Shown here in pieces: positions 1-10,367 of a stretch of DNA of 64,000 nt. The first letter of the stretch is position 1; every line of letters begins with the position of its first letter. The stretch covers positions 3,023 to 67,022 of the forward strand of contig CAYPQV010000020.1 of assembly GCA_964412955.1 (NCBI GenBank), written 5' to 3'. Below the pieces are notes generated by a model. It had not been told where the DNA came from. It ran no database searches and saw only the letters and a program-made list of their open reading frames with translations. The translations under genes were made by a program, and so were the position numbers. The DNA comes from an uncultured Hyphomicrobiales bacterium. Lineage in GTDB: Bacteria > Pseudomonadota > Alphaproteobacteria > Rhodospirillales > 2-12-FULL-67-15.

Positions 1-1
1 C

Positions 2-355
2 GGAAGCGCGGCGGAGGCGAAGGAGATCAACGGCGTGCGCTTCGTGCCGCGCCTGCTCGAAGGCGTGCCGGCGCGCGATCTGAAGCCGATGGCCGACATC
101 ATCAAGAAGAACATCAAGTCCGGCGTGGTCGCCCTGGTCTCGGTCGAGGAGGGCCGCGCCTCGCTGGTGGTCGGCGTGACCGAGGACGTGGCCGCGAAGG
201 TGAGCGCGGTCGATCTGGTCCGCGCCGGGGCCGCCGCGCTCGGCGGCAAAGGCGGCGGCGGCCGACCCGACATGGCCCAGGCGGGCGGGCCGGACGGCGC
301 GAAGGCGCCCGACGCCCTGAAGGCGATCGAAAACGCGCTCGCGGGCGGAGCCTGA
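2..355 (+). CDS. alaS: Alanyl-tRNA synthetase, C-terminal part (truncated by window start)
   Basis: DHHA1-type C-terminus [16 protein letters not shown]. Confidence 0.92.
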   Translation, partial: GSAAEAKEINGVRFVPRLLEGVPARDLKPMADIIKKNIKSGVVALVSVEEGRASLVVGVTEDVAAKVSAVDLVRAGAAALGGKGGGGRPDMAQAGGPDGAKAPDALKAIENALAGGA

Positions 356-357
356 AC

Positions 358-1212
358 GTGGACCGCAAGCGCTTCCAGGGCACCGACACCTTCATCGCGA
401 CCGAGGATTTGCGCGTCGCGGTCAACGCCGCGGTCGCGCTCGAGCGGCCGCTGCTGGTCAAGGGCGAGCCCGGCACCGGCAAGACCGTGCTCGCGCACGA
501 AATCGCCAAGGCGCTCGGCGCGCCGCTGATCGCCTGGCACATCAAATCGACCACCAAGGCCCAGCACGGGCTCTACGAATACGACGCGGTCGCGCGGCTC
601 CGCGATTCCCAGCTCGGCGACGCGCGCGTGCACGACATCGGCAACTACATCCTCAAGGGCAAGCTCTGGCACGCGTTCACGTCGGAGCGGCGCCCGGTGC
701 TGCTGATCGACGAGATCGACAAGGCCGACATCGAGTTTCCCAACGACCTGCTGCTCGAACTCGACCGCATGGAATTCCACGTCTACGAAACCAACGAAAC
801 GGTGCGCGCGGACGCCCGCCCGGTGGTGGTGATCACCTCCAACAACGAGAAGGAGCTGCCCGACGCGTTCCTGCGCCGGTGCTTCTTCCATTACATCAGC
901 TTTCCCGACCGCGACACCATGACGCGGATCGTCGACGTGCACTTCCCCGGCATCCAGAAGCGCCTGGTGCGGGAGGCGCTCGCGCTCTTCTATGAGGTGC
1001 GCGAGGTGCCCGGCCTGAAGAAGCGGCCCTCGACCTCGGAATTGCTCGACTGGATCAAGCTGCTGCTGGCCGAGGAGATTCCGCCCGAGGCGCTGCGCGC
1101 GACCGACCGGCGCGCGCTGATCCCGCCCTTGCACGGAGCGCTCCTCAAGAACGAGCAGGACGTGCAGCTGTTCGAGCGCCTCGCCTTCATCAACCGGCGG
1201 GAAGAACGCTGA
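358..1212 (+). CDS. MoxR-family AAA+ ATPase
   Basis: Walker A GEPGTGKT, Walker B LLIDEIDKAD, LPDAFLRRC. Confidence 0.92.
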   Translation: MDRKRFQGTDTFIATEDLRVAVNAAVALERPLLVKGEPGTGKTVLAHEIAKALGAPLIAWHIKSTTKAQHGLYEYDAVARLRDSQLGDARVHDIGNYILKGKLWHAFTSERRPVLLIDEIDKADIEFPNDLLLELDRMEFHVYETNETVRADARPVVVITSNNEKELPDAFLRRCFFHYISFPDRDTMTRIVDVHFPGIQKRLVREALALFYEVREVPGLKKRPSTSELLDWIKLLLAEEIPPEALRATDRRALIPPLHGALLKNEQDVQLFERLAFINRREER

Positions 1213-1220
1213 GGCCGCCC

Positions 1221-2408
1221 GTGTTCGCGGGGTTCTTCTTCGAGTTGCGCGCGGCCAAGGTGCCGGTTTCCTTGCGCGAATACCTGACCCTGATGGAGGC
1301 GATGGACCGCAACGTCGCCGGCTATTCGGTCGAGGACTTCTATTACCTCGCCCGCGCCGCCCTGGTGAAGGACGAACGCAACCTCGACAAGTTCGATCGC
1401 GTCTTCGGCCAGGTGTTCAAGGGTCTGGAGGGCGCGACCGGGCCGGGCGCCGAATCGCTGCTCGCCGAAATTCCCGAGGAATGGCTGCGCAAGATCGCCG
1501 AGCGCGTGCTGACCGACGAGGAAAAGGCCCAGATCCGGTCCTTGGGCGGCTTCGACAAGCTGATGGAAACGCTGAAGAAGCGCCTGGCCGAACAGCAGGG
1601 CCGCCACCAGGGCGGAAGCCGATGGATCGGCACCGCCGGCACCTCGCCGTTCGGGGCCTACGGCTACAACCCGGAAGGCGTGCGCATCGGCCAGCACGAG
1701 AACCGCCACCACCGCGCGGTCAAGGTCTGGGACAAGCGCGAGTTCAGGAACCTCGACGACCGGGTCGAGATCGGCGTGCGCAACATCAAGATCGCGCTGC
1801 GCCGGCTCCGGCGCTTCGCGCGCGAGGGCGCGCACCTGGAATTGGATTTGCCCGACACCATCCGCTCGACCGCGCGCAAGGGCTGGCTCGACGTGCGCCT
1901 GGTGCCGGAGCGGCACAACGCGGTCAAGGTGCTGCTGTTTCTCGACGTCGGCGGCTCCATGGACCCGCACGTGCGGGTGATGGAGGAGCTGTTCTCGGCC
2001 GCGCGTTCGGAATTCAAGCATCTCGAATACTTCTACTTCCACAACTTCCTCTATGAGCGGGTGTGGAAGGACAACCGACGCCGCCACGCCGAGACCGTCG
2101 CGACCGCCGAGGTGCTGCACACCTTTGCCGACGACTATCGGGTCCTGATCGTCGGCGACGCGTCCATGAGCCCCTACGAGATCACCCATGCCGGGGGCAG
2201 CGTCGAGCACTGGAACGAGGAACCGGGCGCGGTCTGGATGCAGCGCCTGCTGGACACGTACCCGCGCGCGGTCTGGCTCAACCCGGTCGCGCCGCAATGG
2301 TGGGGCTCGACCACGTCGATCGGCCTCACGCGGCGGATCATGGAGGGGCGCATGTACCCGACCACCCTCGAAGGGTTGGATCGCGCCATGCGCGAACTCG
2401 CGCGCTGA
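1221..2408 (+). CDS. VWA-domain protein (CoxE-like partner of MoxR ATPase)
   Basis: MIDAS-like FLDVGGSMDPH, VGDASMSPYEI; 8 bp downstream of the MoxR gene. Confidence 0.85.
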   Translation: MFAGFFFELRAAKVPVSLREYLTLMEAMDRNVAGYSVEDFYYLARAALVKDERNLDKFDRVFGQVFKGLEGATGPGAESLLAEIPEEWLRKIAERVLTDEEKAQIRSLGGFDKLMETLKKRLAEQQGRHQGGSRWIGTAGTSPFGAYGYNPEGVRIGQHENRHHRAVKVWDKREFRNLDDRVEIGVRNIKIALRRLRRFAREGAHLELDLPDTIRSTARKGWLDVRLVPERHNAVKVLLFLDVGGSMDPHVRVMEELFSAARSEFKHLEYFYFHNFLYERVWKDNRRRHAETVATAEVLHTFADDYRVLIVGDASMSPYEITHAGGSVEHWNEEPGAVWMQRLLDTYPRAVWLNPVAPQWWGSTTSIGLTRRIMEGRMYPTTLEGLDRAMRELAR

Positions 2409-2457
2409 TATGAACCGCCAACTCGCGCGCTGATATGAGTTGCGAACTCGCGCGCTA
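2392..2457. repeat. Tandem repeat, 25-bp period, about 2.6 copies
   Basis: GC(G/C)AACTCGCGCGCT at 2392, 2417 and 2442, between two convergent stop codons. Confidence 0.85.
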
Positions 2458-2988
2458 CTGAAACAACTTGTCGATTTCGTCCTGGGTGACGCCCTTGCCC
2501 TCGAGCTGCGGGCCGTGCAGCAACTGCTCGTCGGAGGTCTTGGCCTGGTCGGGCTTGACCTCGGTCTTCTCGACCTCGCCCCGACCCCAGGTATCGATCA
2601 GGATGTTGACGTGCTTTTCGACGTAGGCGAGGGACATGGCGACCTTGCCGATGCGCTGGCCGGTGATGTCCTGGAACGAGCACGCCTCGAATACCGCCGA
2701 CGCGTTGTCGTTGATCTTGTCGAGCTTGGCGGCCAATGCGGCGTCGGCGAGGCCTTTCTTGACTTCGGAAACGATTTTCTCGTTTTCCTCCATCGCCGCC
2801 ATGATGGTGTTGGTCGCGTCCGCGGTCGCCCTGACGATGGCGTCGAGCTGCTCGGACATGCTGGCGAAGCGATTGTCGTCCTCGGCCGGCTTGTAAAGCG
2901 CGGCGATTTCCTGCCGCACCCGTTGGATGTAGTGGAACAAGCCGGTGAGCTCGGTCTTCAGGACCTTGATTTCGGCGTCGCTGGTCAT
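2455..2988 (-). CDS. cheZ: CheZ-like CheY-P phosphatase (alphaproteobacterial type)
   Basis: FEACSFQDITGQRI (DxxxQ motif), LLHGPQ, C-terminal QDEIDKLF. Confidence 0.8.
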   Translation of the reverse strand: MTSDAEIKVLKTELTGLFHYIQRVRQEIAALYKPAEDDNRFASMSEQLDAIVRATADATNTIMAAMEENEKIVSEVKKGLADAALAAKLDKINDNASAVFEACSFQDITGQRIGKVAMSLAYVEKHVNILIDTWGRGEVEKTEVKPDQAKTSDEQLLHGPQLEGKGVTQDEIDKLFQ

Positions 2989-3097
2989 CGCGCCTCCCGG
3001 GTGCCCCCATCGGGGGTTGCCGATTCGCCAATGTTGGGAGGCGCGAATGGCTTTGTCAAATGCGGGAGTTTCCCTAACCCGGTCGGAAACCGCGTCT

Positions 3098-3451
3098 TTA
3101 GTGCTTGCGGCCGGGATCGGATTTGGGGCGCGGGCGGCGCAGTTCGCGTTCGATCTGGTCGGGCGGAATTCCCAGGGCCTTGACCGCGGTGATGAGCAGC
3201 TTGGCCTTGGCGTCCTCGCTCAGGTCGTCGAAGACGTGCTGCTTGGAGCGCTGCACCGCGAGCGCGTTGCGGATCAATTCGCGCCGGGCCTCGCTCATGG
3301 CGGGCGGCGGCGCCGGTGCCGTCGGAAGTTCCGGGGGCGTTCCCGGCGGCGCGCCGCCGCCTGTCGGCGTGTTTCTCGCCGTTTCGAGCGCCTCGCGCGC
3401 GCGCTTGTCGAGCACGAGGCTGAGCAGGGCCTTGGACACGAATTCGAACAC
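3098..3451 (-). CDS. Hypothetical protein with Pro-rich linker
   Basis: GTG start preceded by GGGAGG; coherent helical 117-aa ORF. Confidence 0.65.
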   Translation of the reverse strand: MFEFVSKALLSLVLDKRAREALETARNTPTGGGAPPGTPPELPTAPAPPPAMSEARRELIRNALAVQRSKQHVFDDLSEDAKAKLLITAVKALGIPPDQIERELRRPRPKSDPGRKH

Positions 3452-3494
3452 GCGCGCCTCCCGGTTGCGGCGATCGGATCGTCGCAGGGTATGG

Positions 3495-3510
3495 TTAAGA
3501 ACGGGTTAAC
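3495..3510. promoter_or_regulatory. CtrA binding box
   Basis: TTAA-GAACGGG-TTAAC is a perfect TTAA-N7-TTAAC in a divergent intergenic region. Confidence 0.75.
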
Positions 3511-3572
3511 GCACGTCCGAATCCGGCCCGGCCTTGCCGGAGCGCGGCCCTAGGCCCTAATCTCGGCGCAAC

Positions 3573-4988
3573 ATGCGACGCCGCCGCAACGCAAAAATCA
3601 TCGCCACCGTCGGCCCGGCCTGTTCGACCGAAGCCGTGCTGGCCAAGTTGTTCGAGGCGGGCGCCGACGTTTTTCGCCTCAATTTCAGTCACGGCAGCCA
3701 CGAAGACCACAAGGCGCGGTTCGACGTCATCCGCGCGCTGGAAATGAAGCACGGCCGGCCGATCGGCATTCTGCTCGATCTGCAGGGGCCCAAGCTCCGG
3801 GTCGGCGAATTCAAGGGCGGGCGGATCGAGCTGATCCCGGGCATGAAATTCCGCCTCGACCTGAACCCGGACTGGGGCGACGAGCGCCGCGCGCCGTTGC
3901 CGCACCCCGAGGTCTTCCGCGCGCTCGCGGCGGGAACCGATCTGCTGCTCGACGACGGGCGCGTCCGCCTCAGGGTCGACGAATGCGGCGCCGATTTCGC
4001 CGAAACGACGGTGGTGGTCGGCGGCGAGATCTCCGACCACAAGGGCCTGAACGTGCCGAGCGCGGTGCTCGATCTGTCGCCGCTCACGCGCAAGGACATC
4101 GACGATTTGAATTACGGGCTCGAGTTGGGTGTCGATTGGGTCGCGCTCTCCTTCGTGCAGCGGGCCGAGGATGTCTCCGAGGCGCGCAAGCTGATCGCGG
4201 GCCGAGCCGCGATCATGACCAAGCTGGAAAAGCCGGCGGCGATCGAGCATCTCGACGAAATCGTGGCGTTGTCCGACGCGGTCATGGTCGCGCGCGGGGA
4301 TCTCGGCGTCGAACTGCCGCCCGAGGACGTGCCCGGCATCCAAAAACGCATCATCCGCGCCTGCCGCCAGGCCGGGCGGCCGGTGGTGGTGGCGACGCAG
4401 ATGCTCGATTCCATGGTTCATTCGCCGACGCCGACGCGGGCCGAGGCGTCCGACGTGGCGACCGCGGTCTACGACGGCGCCGACGCAGTCATGCTGTCGG
4501 CGGAAACCGCGGTCGGCGAATACCCGGCGGAAGCGATCGCCATGATGGACCGGATCATCTACCGGGTCGAACGCGATCCCTTGTACCGCAGGATCATGCA
4601 GGCCGAGCACCACGACCCCGAGGCGACGTCGGCCGACGCGATCACGGCGGCGGCGCGCCAAGTGGCGAAGACCATCTCGGCGGCGGCGATCGTGACCTTC
4701 AGTTCGACCGGCTCGACCACGCTGCGCTGCGCGCGCGAGCGGCCGGGCGTGCCGATCATCGGCTTGACCCCGCGTCCGGACACGGCGCGGCGCCTGGCGC
4801 TGGCCTGGGGCGTGCATTCGGTCCAGATCGACGATCTGCACAGCTTCAGCGAGATGGTGACCAAGGCGGTCGCCTCCGCCTCGCGCGAGGGCTTCGCCAA
4901 GCCCGGCCAACGGGTGGTCATCACCGCGGGGGTTCCGTTCGGCACGCCCGGCGCGACCAATATCCTGCGCATCGCTCTGGTGCCCTGA
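3573..4988 (+). CDS. pyk: Pyruvate kinase
   Basis: KIIATVGPA, RLNFSHG, MVARGDLGVE, ATQMLDSM. Confidence 0.97.
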   Translation: MRRRRNAKIIATVGPACSTEAVLAKLFEAGADVFRLNFSHGSHEDHKARFDVIRALEMKHGRPIGILLDLQGPKLRVGEFKGGRIELIPGMKFRLDLNPDWGDERRAPLPHPEVFRALAAGTDLLLDDGRVRLRVDECGADFAETTVVVGGEISDHKGLNVPSAVLDLSPLTRKDIDDLNYGLELGVDWVALSFVQRAEDVSEARKLIAGRAAIMTKLEKPAAIEHLDEIVALSDAVMVARGDLGVELPPEDVPGIQKRIIRACRQAGRPVVVATQMLDSMVHSPTPTRAEASDVATAVYDGADAVMLSAETAVGEYPAEAIAMMDRIIYRVERDPLYRRIMQAEHHDPEATSADAITAAARQVAKTISAAAIVTFSSTGSTTLRCARERPGVPIIGLTPRPDTARRLALAWGVHSVQIDDLHSFSEMVTKAVASASREGFAKPGQRVVITAGVPFGTPGATNILRIALVP

Positions 4989-5025
4989 CGTAAATTCGCC
5001 CCGGCTCCCGGGGCGCGGACCACAC

Positions 5026-5901
5026 ATGATCGGGAACCTGGTTGCCGTCGTCGCGCCCGTGTTTCTCTGCGCCGTCCTCGGCTACGCCTGGGCGCGCAGC
5101 GGGCGGCGTTACGACGCCGACATGGTCACGGTGCTCGCCACCAACATCTCGCTGCCGGCGCTGGTGTTCGTCACCCTGGTGGAAACGCGGCTCGATATGG
5201 CGCCGCTGGGGATCATGGCGGTCGCGGCCCTCGCCGTTACCGTCGCGGTCGGGGTGGCGGGCGCCGCGGCGCTCGCGGCGGCGCGGATACCGCTGCGCTC
5301 GTTCCTGCCGGCGATGATGTTTCCCAACGTCGGCAATATGGGCTTGCCGCTCGCGGCGCTCGGCTTCGCCGCCGACGGCCTCGCGTTCGCCATCGTCTTT
5401 TTCACGGTGTCGGTGGTGCTGCACCTGACCGTCGGCGTCGCCATCTCGGCGGGCGCGTTTTCGCCGCGCGCGCTGGCGCGCATTCCCGCGCTCTACGCGG
5501 TCGCCGCCGCGGCCGTCTTCATGACGGGCGGGATCGAGCCGCCGGAGTGGCTGATGAACACGGCCCGGATCCTGGGCGGCATGATGGTGCCGTTGATGCT
5601 CATCACCCTCGGCGTCGCGCTCGCCGGGCTCAGGGTCGCCGGCCTCGCGCGGGGACTGGCCCTCGCGGTTCTCCGCTTCGCCCTCGGGTTGGGTGCCGGC
5701 TACGGGATCGGGCGCGCCTTCGGCCTGGAAGGCACCGCGCTCGCCATCCTGGTGCTGCAATCGGCGATGCCGGTCGCGGTGATGAATTTCCTGTTCGCCC
5801 AGCGTTACGGCACCGACCCGTCCGAGGTCGCGGGGCTGGTCATGCTGTCGACGCTGCTCGGCTTCGCCACCCTGCCGTTCCTGATCGGAGCGTTGTGGTG
5901 A
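5026..5901 (+). CDS. AEC (auxin efflux carrier) family transporter
   Basis: Polytopic; FPNVGNMGLP and QSAMPVAV motifs. Confidence 0.85.
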   Translation: MIGNLVAVVAPVFLCAVLGYAWARSGRRYDADMVTVLATNISLPALVFVTLVETRLDMAPLGIMAVAALAVTVAVGVAGAAALAAARIPLRSFLPAMMFPNVGNMGLPLAALGFAADGLAFAIVFFTVSVVLHLTVGVAISAGAFSPRALARIPALYAVAAAAVFMTGGIEPPEWLMNTARILGGMMVPLMLITLGVALAGLRVAGLARGLALAVLRFALGLGAGYGIGRAFGLEGTALAILVLQSAMPVAVMNFLFAQRYGTDPSEVAGLVMLSTLLGFATLPFLIGALW

Positions 5902-6770
5902 ACCGATCGACGCGAACCGCGCTGGCCGCCGGTCTCGGCGCGTTCGTAACCTGGGGTCTGCTGCCAATCTACTTCAAGGCGATGGCCGAGGCGCTGCCGA
6001 GCGAAATCGTCGCGCACCGCATCGCCTGGGCCGCGCTGCTGTTCGCGGGTTTCGTGTGGTTGACCGGAAAGCGGGCGCGGACCATGGCCCTGCTCGCGCG
6101 GCCGCGCGTGCTGCTCGGCCTCGCCGGTTCGGCCGCGCTGCTCGGGATCAACTGGCTGGTGTTCGTCTGGGCGGTCAACAACGACCGGGTGCTGGAAACC
6201 AGCCTCGGCTATTTCATCAACCCGCTGGTCAACGTCGCGCTCGGGGTCGCGGTCCTGGGCGAAAAACTGACGCCGGCGCGCTGGATCGCGGTCGGCCTGG
6301 CCGCGACCGGGGTCGCGATCATGGCGGTCGGGTCCGGCGCGGTGCCGTGGGTGGCGCTCGGGCTCGCGTTTTCGTTCGGCCTCTACGGCCTGACGCGCAA
6401 GGTCCTGCCGGCGGACCCGATCGGCGGCCTGCTCGTCGAAACCGCGATGCTGGCGCCGGCGTCGCTCGCCTACATCGTTTGGTTGGCGGCGGCGGGCGAG
6501 GGGGCATTCCTGGTCAAGTCGGCCGCGCTCGACGTGATGCTGCTGGCGACCGGCGTGGCGACCGCCGTGCCGATGACCTTGTTCGTGATTGCCGCGCGCG
6601 GCCTGCCGCTCGCCACCCTCGGCATCGTTCAGTACCTCTCGCCGAGCGCCACGTTCCTGCTCGGGGTGTTCCTGTTCCGCGAACCGTTGACCCCGGCGTC
6701 GCTGGTCACGTTCGCTTTCGTCTGGGCGGGCCTCGCGCTCTACAGCTACGACTTGCTGCGCAAGCGCTGA
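5898..6770 (+). CDS. rarD: EamA family transporter RarD
   Basis: WGLLPIYFK, ETSLGYFINPLV, LGIVQYLSP; GTG overlaps upstream TGA. Confidence 0.9.
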   Translation: MNRSTRTALAAGLGAFVTWGLLPIYFKAMAEALPSEIVAHRIAWAALLFAGFVWLTGKRARTMALLARPRVLLGLAGSAALLGINWLVFVWAVNNDRVLETSLGYFINPLVNVALGVAVLGEKLTPARWIAVGLAATGVAIMAVGSGAVPWVALGLAFSFGLYGLTRKVLPADPIGGLLVETAMLAPASLAYIVWLAAAGEGAFLVKSAALDVMLLATGVATAVPMTLFVIAARGLPLATLGIVQYLSPSATFLLGVFLFREPLTPASLVTFAFVWAGLALYSYDLLRKR

Positions 6771-6774
6771 AGAG

Positions 6775-9700
6775 CTATTCGGCGGCGCGGGCGCGCGGAC
6801 CCGGCGGCACGCGCAGGCGCGCGAGCAGGGCGGCTTCGGCGGCCTTGGCGCGCGCGATCGCCGCGCTCTTGATCGGCCCGAAGCCGCGAATGTCGAGGGG
6901 AAGGGCGGCGAGTTCGGTCGCGAGCGCGTGGGTTTCCGGCGCGAGCCGCTCGATCAGTTCCGCGACCAGGGTTTCGTATTCGGCGATCAGGCGGCGCTCG
7001 GCCTTGCGCTCGGCGGTGCGGCCGAAGGGATCGAACGGCGTTCCGCGCAGCACCTTCAAGGGCGCGAGCAGGCGCATTGCCGCCAGCATCCACGGGCCGA
7101 ACGCCCGCTTGACCGGCCGGCCGGTCGCGGGGTCGCGCTCGCCCAGGAACGGCGGCGCCAGGTGGACGGTGAGCCGGTGGCTACCCTCGAAGGTTTCGGC
7201 GAGCGCGCGGGCGAAGCGGCCGTCGCCGTAGAGGCGGGCGACCTCGTATTCGTCCTTGTAGGCCATCAGCTTGTAATAGGCGCGGGCGACGGCGTCGGCG
7301 AAGCCGCGACGGTCGGGTGCGCGCGTCGCTTCGGCCGCGCGCGCCGCCGCGACCAGGGCGCGGTAGCGTTCGGCGTAGGCCGCGTTCTGGTAGCGGGCGA
7401 GATCGTCGGCGCGGCGCGCGACGAAGCCGTCGAGACCGCCCACGTCCGCGGGCGCCGGCGCGGCGGTCGACAAGCCGGCCGCGCGCGCGACCGCGAGCGG
7501 ATCGAACGCGAGCCGTCGGCCCCAGGCGAACGCGCGGAGGTTCATGTCGGTCGAAACCCCGTTCAGTTCGATCGCTTGCGCGATGGCCGAGGGCCCGACC
7601 GGCAGCAGGCCCTTCTGGCACGCGAACCCGAGCAGCAGCACGTTGGCGCCGGCGGCATCGCCGAGGAGCGCGCGGGCGAGCCCGGTCGCGTCCACCCAAT
7701 CGGGTTCGCCCGCCGCGAGGGCCGCGCCGATCGCCCGGCGCAGATGCGCTTCCGGATATTCGGCATCGGGGTCGCGGGTGAAGTCGGCGGTCATGGTTTC
7801 GTGGGTGTTGACCACGGCCCGCGCCCGGTCGGGGGCGAGAACGGGCAGCGTCTCGGCGCTCGCCGCCGTAACCAGATCGCAGCCGAGCAGCAGATCGGCC
7901 TCGCCCGCGCCGATGCGCGCGGCGCGAAGGCCCTCTGGGCTCGCGGCGATCCGCACGTGGCTGAAAACCTCGCCGTTCTTCTGGGCGAGGCCGGCGACGT
8001 CGAGCACGGACACGCTCCGACCCTCGATGTGGGCGGCCATGCCGAGCAGGGCGCCGACGGTGACGATGCCGGTGCCGCCGATGCCGCTGACGACGATGCC
8101 GTAGTGACCTTTGCCGGAGACACGCGCGGGTTCGGGCAGCGCCGGATCGAAAGCTTCGGCCGTTGTCCCCGCCTCCTGGCGGCGGCGGAGTTGCCCGCCC
8201 TCGACCGTGACGAAGCTCGGGCAAAAGCCCTTGAGGCAGGAGAAGTCCTTGTTGCACGCGTCCTGGTCGATGGCGCGCTTGCGCCCCAATTCGGTTTCGA
8301 CCGGCACGATGGCGACGCAATTGGATTGCACCCCGCAGTCGCCGCAGCCTTCGCACACGTCTTGGTTGATGAACGCGCGCAGCGCCGGATCGGGCATCCG
8401 GCCGCGCTTGCGCCGGCGGCGCTTTTCCGCCGCGCAGGTCTGGGCATAGACGATCACCGACACCCCCGGCCATTCGCGCAAGGATCGCTGCACCTGGTCG
8501 AGCTCGTCGCGGTGATGCACGCTTGTCCCCGGGGCCAATCCGGGATGGCCGCGATAGAGTTCCGGTTCATCGGCGACCAGCGCGATCCGCTCGACGCCCT
8601 CGGCGCGCACCTGGGCGGTGATGCGCGCCGGATCGAGCGGCCCGTCCATCGGCTGGCCCCCGGTCATGGCGACGGCGTCGTTGTAGAGGATCTTGTAGGT
8701 CATGTTGACGCCGGCGGCGACGGCGGCGCGGATGGCGAGCAGCCCGGAATGGAAATACGTGCCGTCGCCGATGTTGGCGAACACGTGCGGCGTGGCGGAA
8801 AACGGCGCCTGGCCGATCCAGGCCGCGCCTTCGCCGCCCATGTGGGTGAACGTGGCGGTGTCACGGTCCATCCACAGCGCCATGTAATGGCAGCCGATGC
8901 CGGCCAGCGCGCGCGAGCCGCCCGGCACCCGGGTCGAGGTGTTGTGCGGGCAGCCGGCGCAGAAGTAGGGGATGCGCTTCGGGACGTTCGCGGGCGCCGC
9001 GCGGCGTTTTTCGATCGCGTCGAGGCGGGCGAGGCGCGCGGCGATCGCGTCGCCGTCGCCCAGGCGGGCGAGCCGGGGCGCGAGCGCGCGCGCGATCGCC
9101 TCCGGCCCGATCTCGCCTGCGGGCGGAAACAGCCATTGGCCGTTTTCGTCGCGCTTGCCGACCACGCGCGGCGCACTTGCGCCGTAAAGGGCGTCCTTCA
9201 CCTGCGGCTCGATCAGCGCGCGCTTTTCCTCGACCACCGCGATCTCCTCCAGCCCGCGCGCGAAATCGCGGACGGCGTGCGCATCGAGCGGCCAGGCGAA
9301 GCCGATCTTGAGCAGGCGCACGCCGTGGGCGGCGGCCCAGGCCTCGTCGACGCCGAGGAGCGCCAGCGCCTCCGTCAGGTCGCGGAAGGTCTTGCCGCTC
9401 GCGACCAGGCCGAGGCGCGCGTGGCCGCGGTTCCACATCGCCCGGTCGAAGCCGTTGACGCGGGCGAACGCCTGGGCGGCCGGGATCTTGAAACGATAGA
9501 GCCGTTCCTCCTGTTCCATCGGCGGGTCCGGCCAGCGCGTGTGGACGCCGCCCGGCGGCTGGGGGACGCCGGACGGGACCGTCGTCCGCGCGCCCCCCGG
9601 GTCGAGAACGACGGCGGCCGCGGTGTCGATCACGTCGGCGACCGCCTTGACCCCGACCCAGCAGCCGGAAAAGCGCGAAAGCGCGAATCCGAGCAGGCCG

Positions 9701-10245
9701 AAATCGATCAATTCCTGGATGTCGGCGGGGTGGAGCAGCGGCATGCCGGCGTCGATCAGGGCGAAGTCGCTCTGGCTCGGCACGGTCGAGGATTTGCACG
9801 CGGGGTCGTCCCCGGCGAGCGCCAGCACGCCGCCGAGCCGCGAGGTTCCGGCGAGATTGGCGTGGCGGAAGACGTCGCCGGAACGATCGACGCCCGGGCC
9901 CTTGCCGTACCAGGCCGCGAACACACCGTCCCGGCGCGCGTCGCCGAACAGCGGCAGCTGCTGCGTGCCCCAGATGGCGGTGGCGGCGAGATCCTCGTTG
10001 ACGGCGGGGTGAAAGCGCACGTCGGCGTCGGCGAGGAACGGCCGCGCGCGCCCGAATTCCCGATCGACGCCGCCGAGGGGCGAGCCGCGATAGCCGGTGA
10101 CGTAACCCGCGGTCGCGGCACCGGCCTCGGCGTCGCGCCGGCGCTGGTCGAGACACAGGCGGACCAGCGCCTGGGTTCCGGTCATGAAGGCGCGGCCCTC
10201 GGTCAGGCGGTATTTGTCGTCGAGCGCGACGCGGGCGTGCACCAT
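6775..10245 (-). CDS. Indolepyruvate ferredoxin oxidoreductase family protein (fused single chain)
   Basis: GYRGSPLGG, PYFCAGCPHN, GDGTYFHSG, CEGCGDC ferredoxin motif, AYKDEYEVARL. Confidence 0.92.
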   Translation of the reverse strand: MVHARVALDDKYRLTEGRAFMTGTQALVRLCLDQRRRDAEAGAATAGYVTGYRGSPLGGVDREFGRARPFLADADVRFHPAVNEDLAATAIWGTQQLPLFGDARRDGVFAAWYGKGPGVDRSGDVFRHANLAGTSRLGGVLALAGDDPACKSSTVPSQSDFALIDAGMPLLHPADIQELIDFGLLGFALSRFSGCWVGVKAVADVIDTAAAVVLDPGGARTTVPSGVPQPPGGVHTRWPDPPMEQEERLYRFKIPAAQAFARVNGFDRAMWNRGHARLGLVASGKTFRDLTEALALLGVDEAWAAAHGVRLLKIGFAWPLDAHAVRDFARGLEEIAVVEEKRALIEPQVKDALYGASAPRVVGKRDENGQWLFPPAGEIGPEAIARALAPRLARLGDGDAIAARLARLDAIEKRRAAPANVPKRIPYFCAGCPHNTSTRVPGGSRALAGIGCHYMALWMDRDTATFTHMGGEGAAWIGQAPFSATPHVFANIGDGTYFHSGLLAIRAAVAAGVNMTYKILYNDAVAMTGGQPMDGPLDPARITAQVRAEGVERIALVADEPELYRGHPGLAPGTSVHHRDELDQVQRSLREWPGVSVIVYAQTCAAEKRRRRKRGRMPDPALRAFINQDVCEGCGDCGVQSNCVAIVPVETELGRKRAIDQDACNKDFSCLKGFCPSFVTVEGGQLRRRQEAGTTAEAFDPALPEPARVSGKGHYGIVVSGIGGTGIVTVGALLGMAAHIEGRSVSVLDVAGLAQKNGEVFSHVRIAASPEGLRAARIGAGEADLLLGCDLVTAASAETLPVLAPDRARAVVNTHETMTADFTRDPDAEYPEAHLRRAIGAALAAGEPDWVDATGLARALLGDAAGANVLLLGFACQKGLLPVGPSAIAQAIELNGVSTDMNLRAFAWGRRLAFDPLAVARAAGLSTAAPAPADVGGLDGFVARRADDLARYQNAAYAERYRALVAAARAAEATRAPDRRGFADAVARAYYKLMAYKDEYEVARLYGDGRFARALAETFEGSHRLTVHLAPPFLGERDPATGRPVKRAFGPWMLAAMRLLAPLKVLRGTPFDPFGRTAERKAERRLIAEYETLVAELIERLAPETHALATELAALPLDIRGFGPIKSAAIARAKAAEAALLARLRVPPGPRARAAE

Positions 10246-10367
10246 GCGATCCCCTCCCATGCACAAAGGGTAGTCGCCGGCTCCGGAGGAAACAACGGCG
10301 ACGGGTTTGCAAAGCCCACGGGAGCCTGTATAGGGAAGTTTATCGGGGCTTTCGGGATTTTTCCCCC

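Noticed and set aside
358..2408. MoxR-VWA pair as a novel system
   Set aside because: Widespread, known chaperone-type pairing in a housekeeping context
2392..2457. Mini CRISPR array
   Set aside because: 25-bp period leaves no real spacers, fewer than three full copies, and no cas genes
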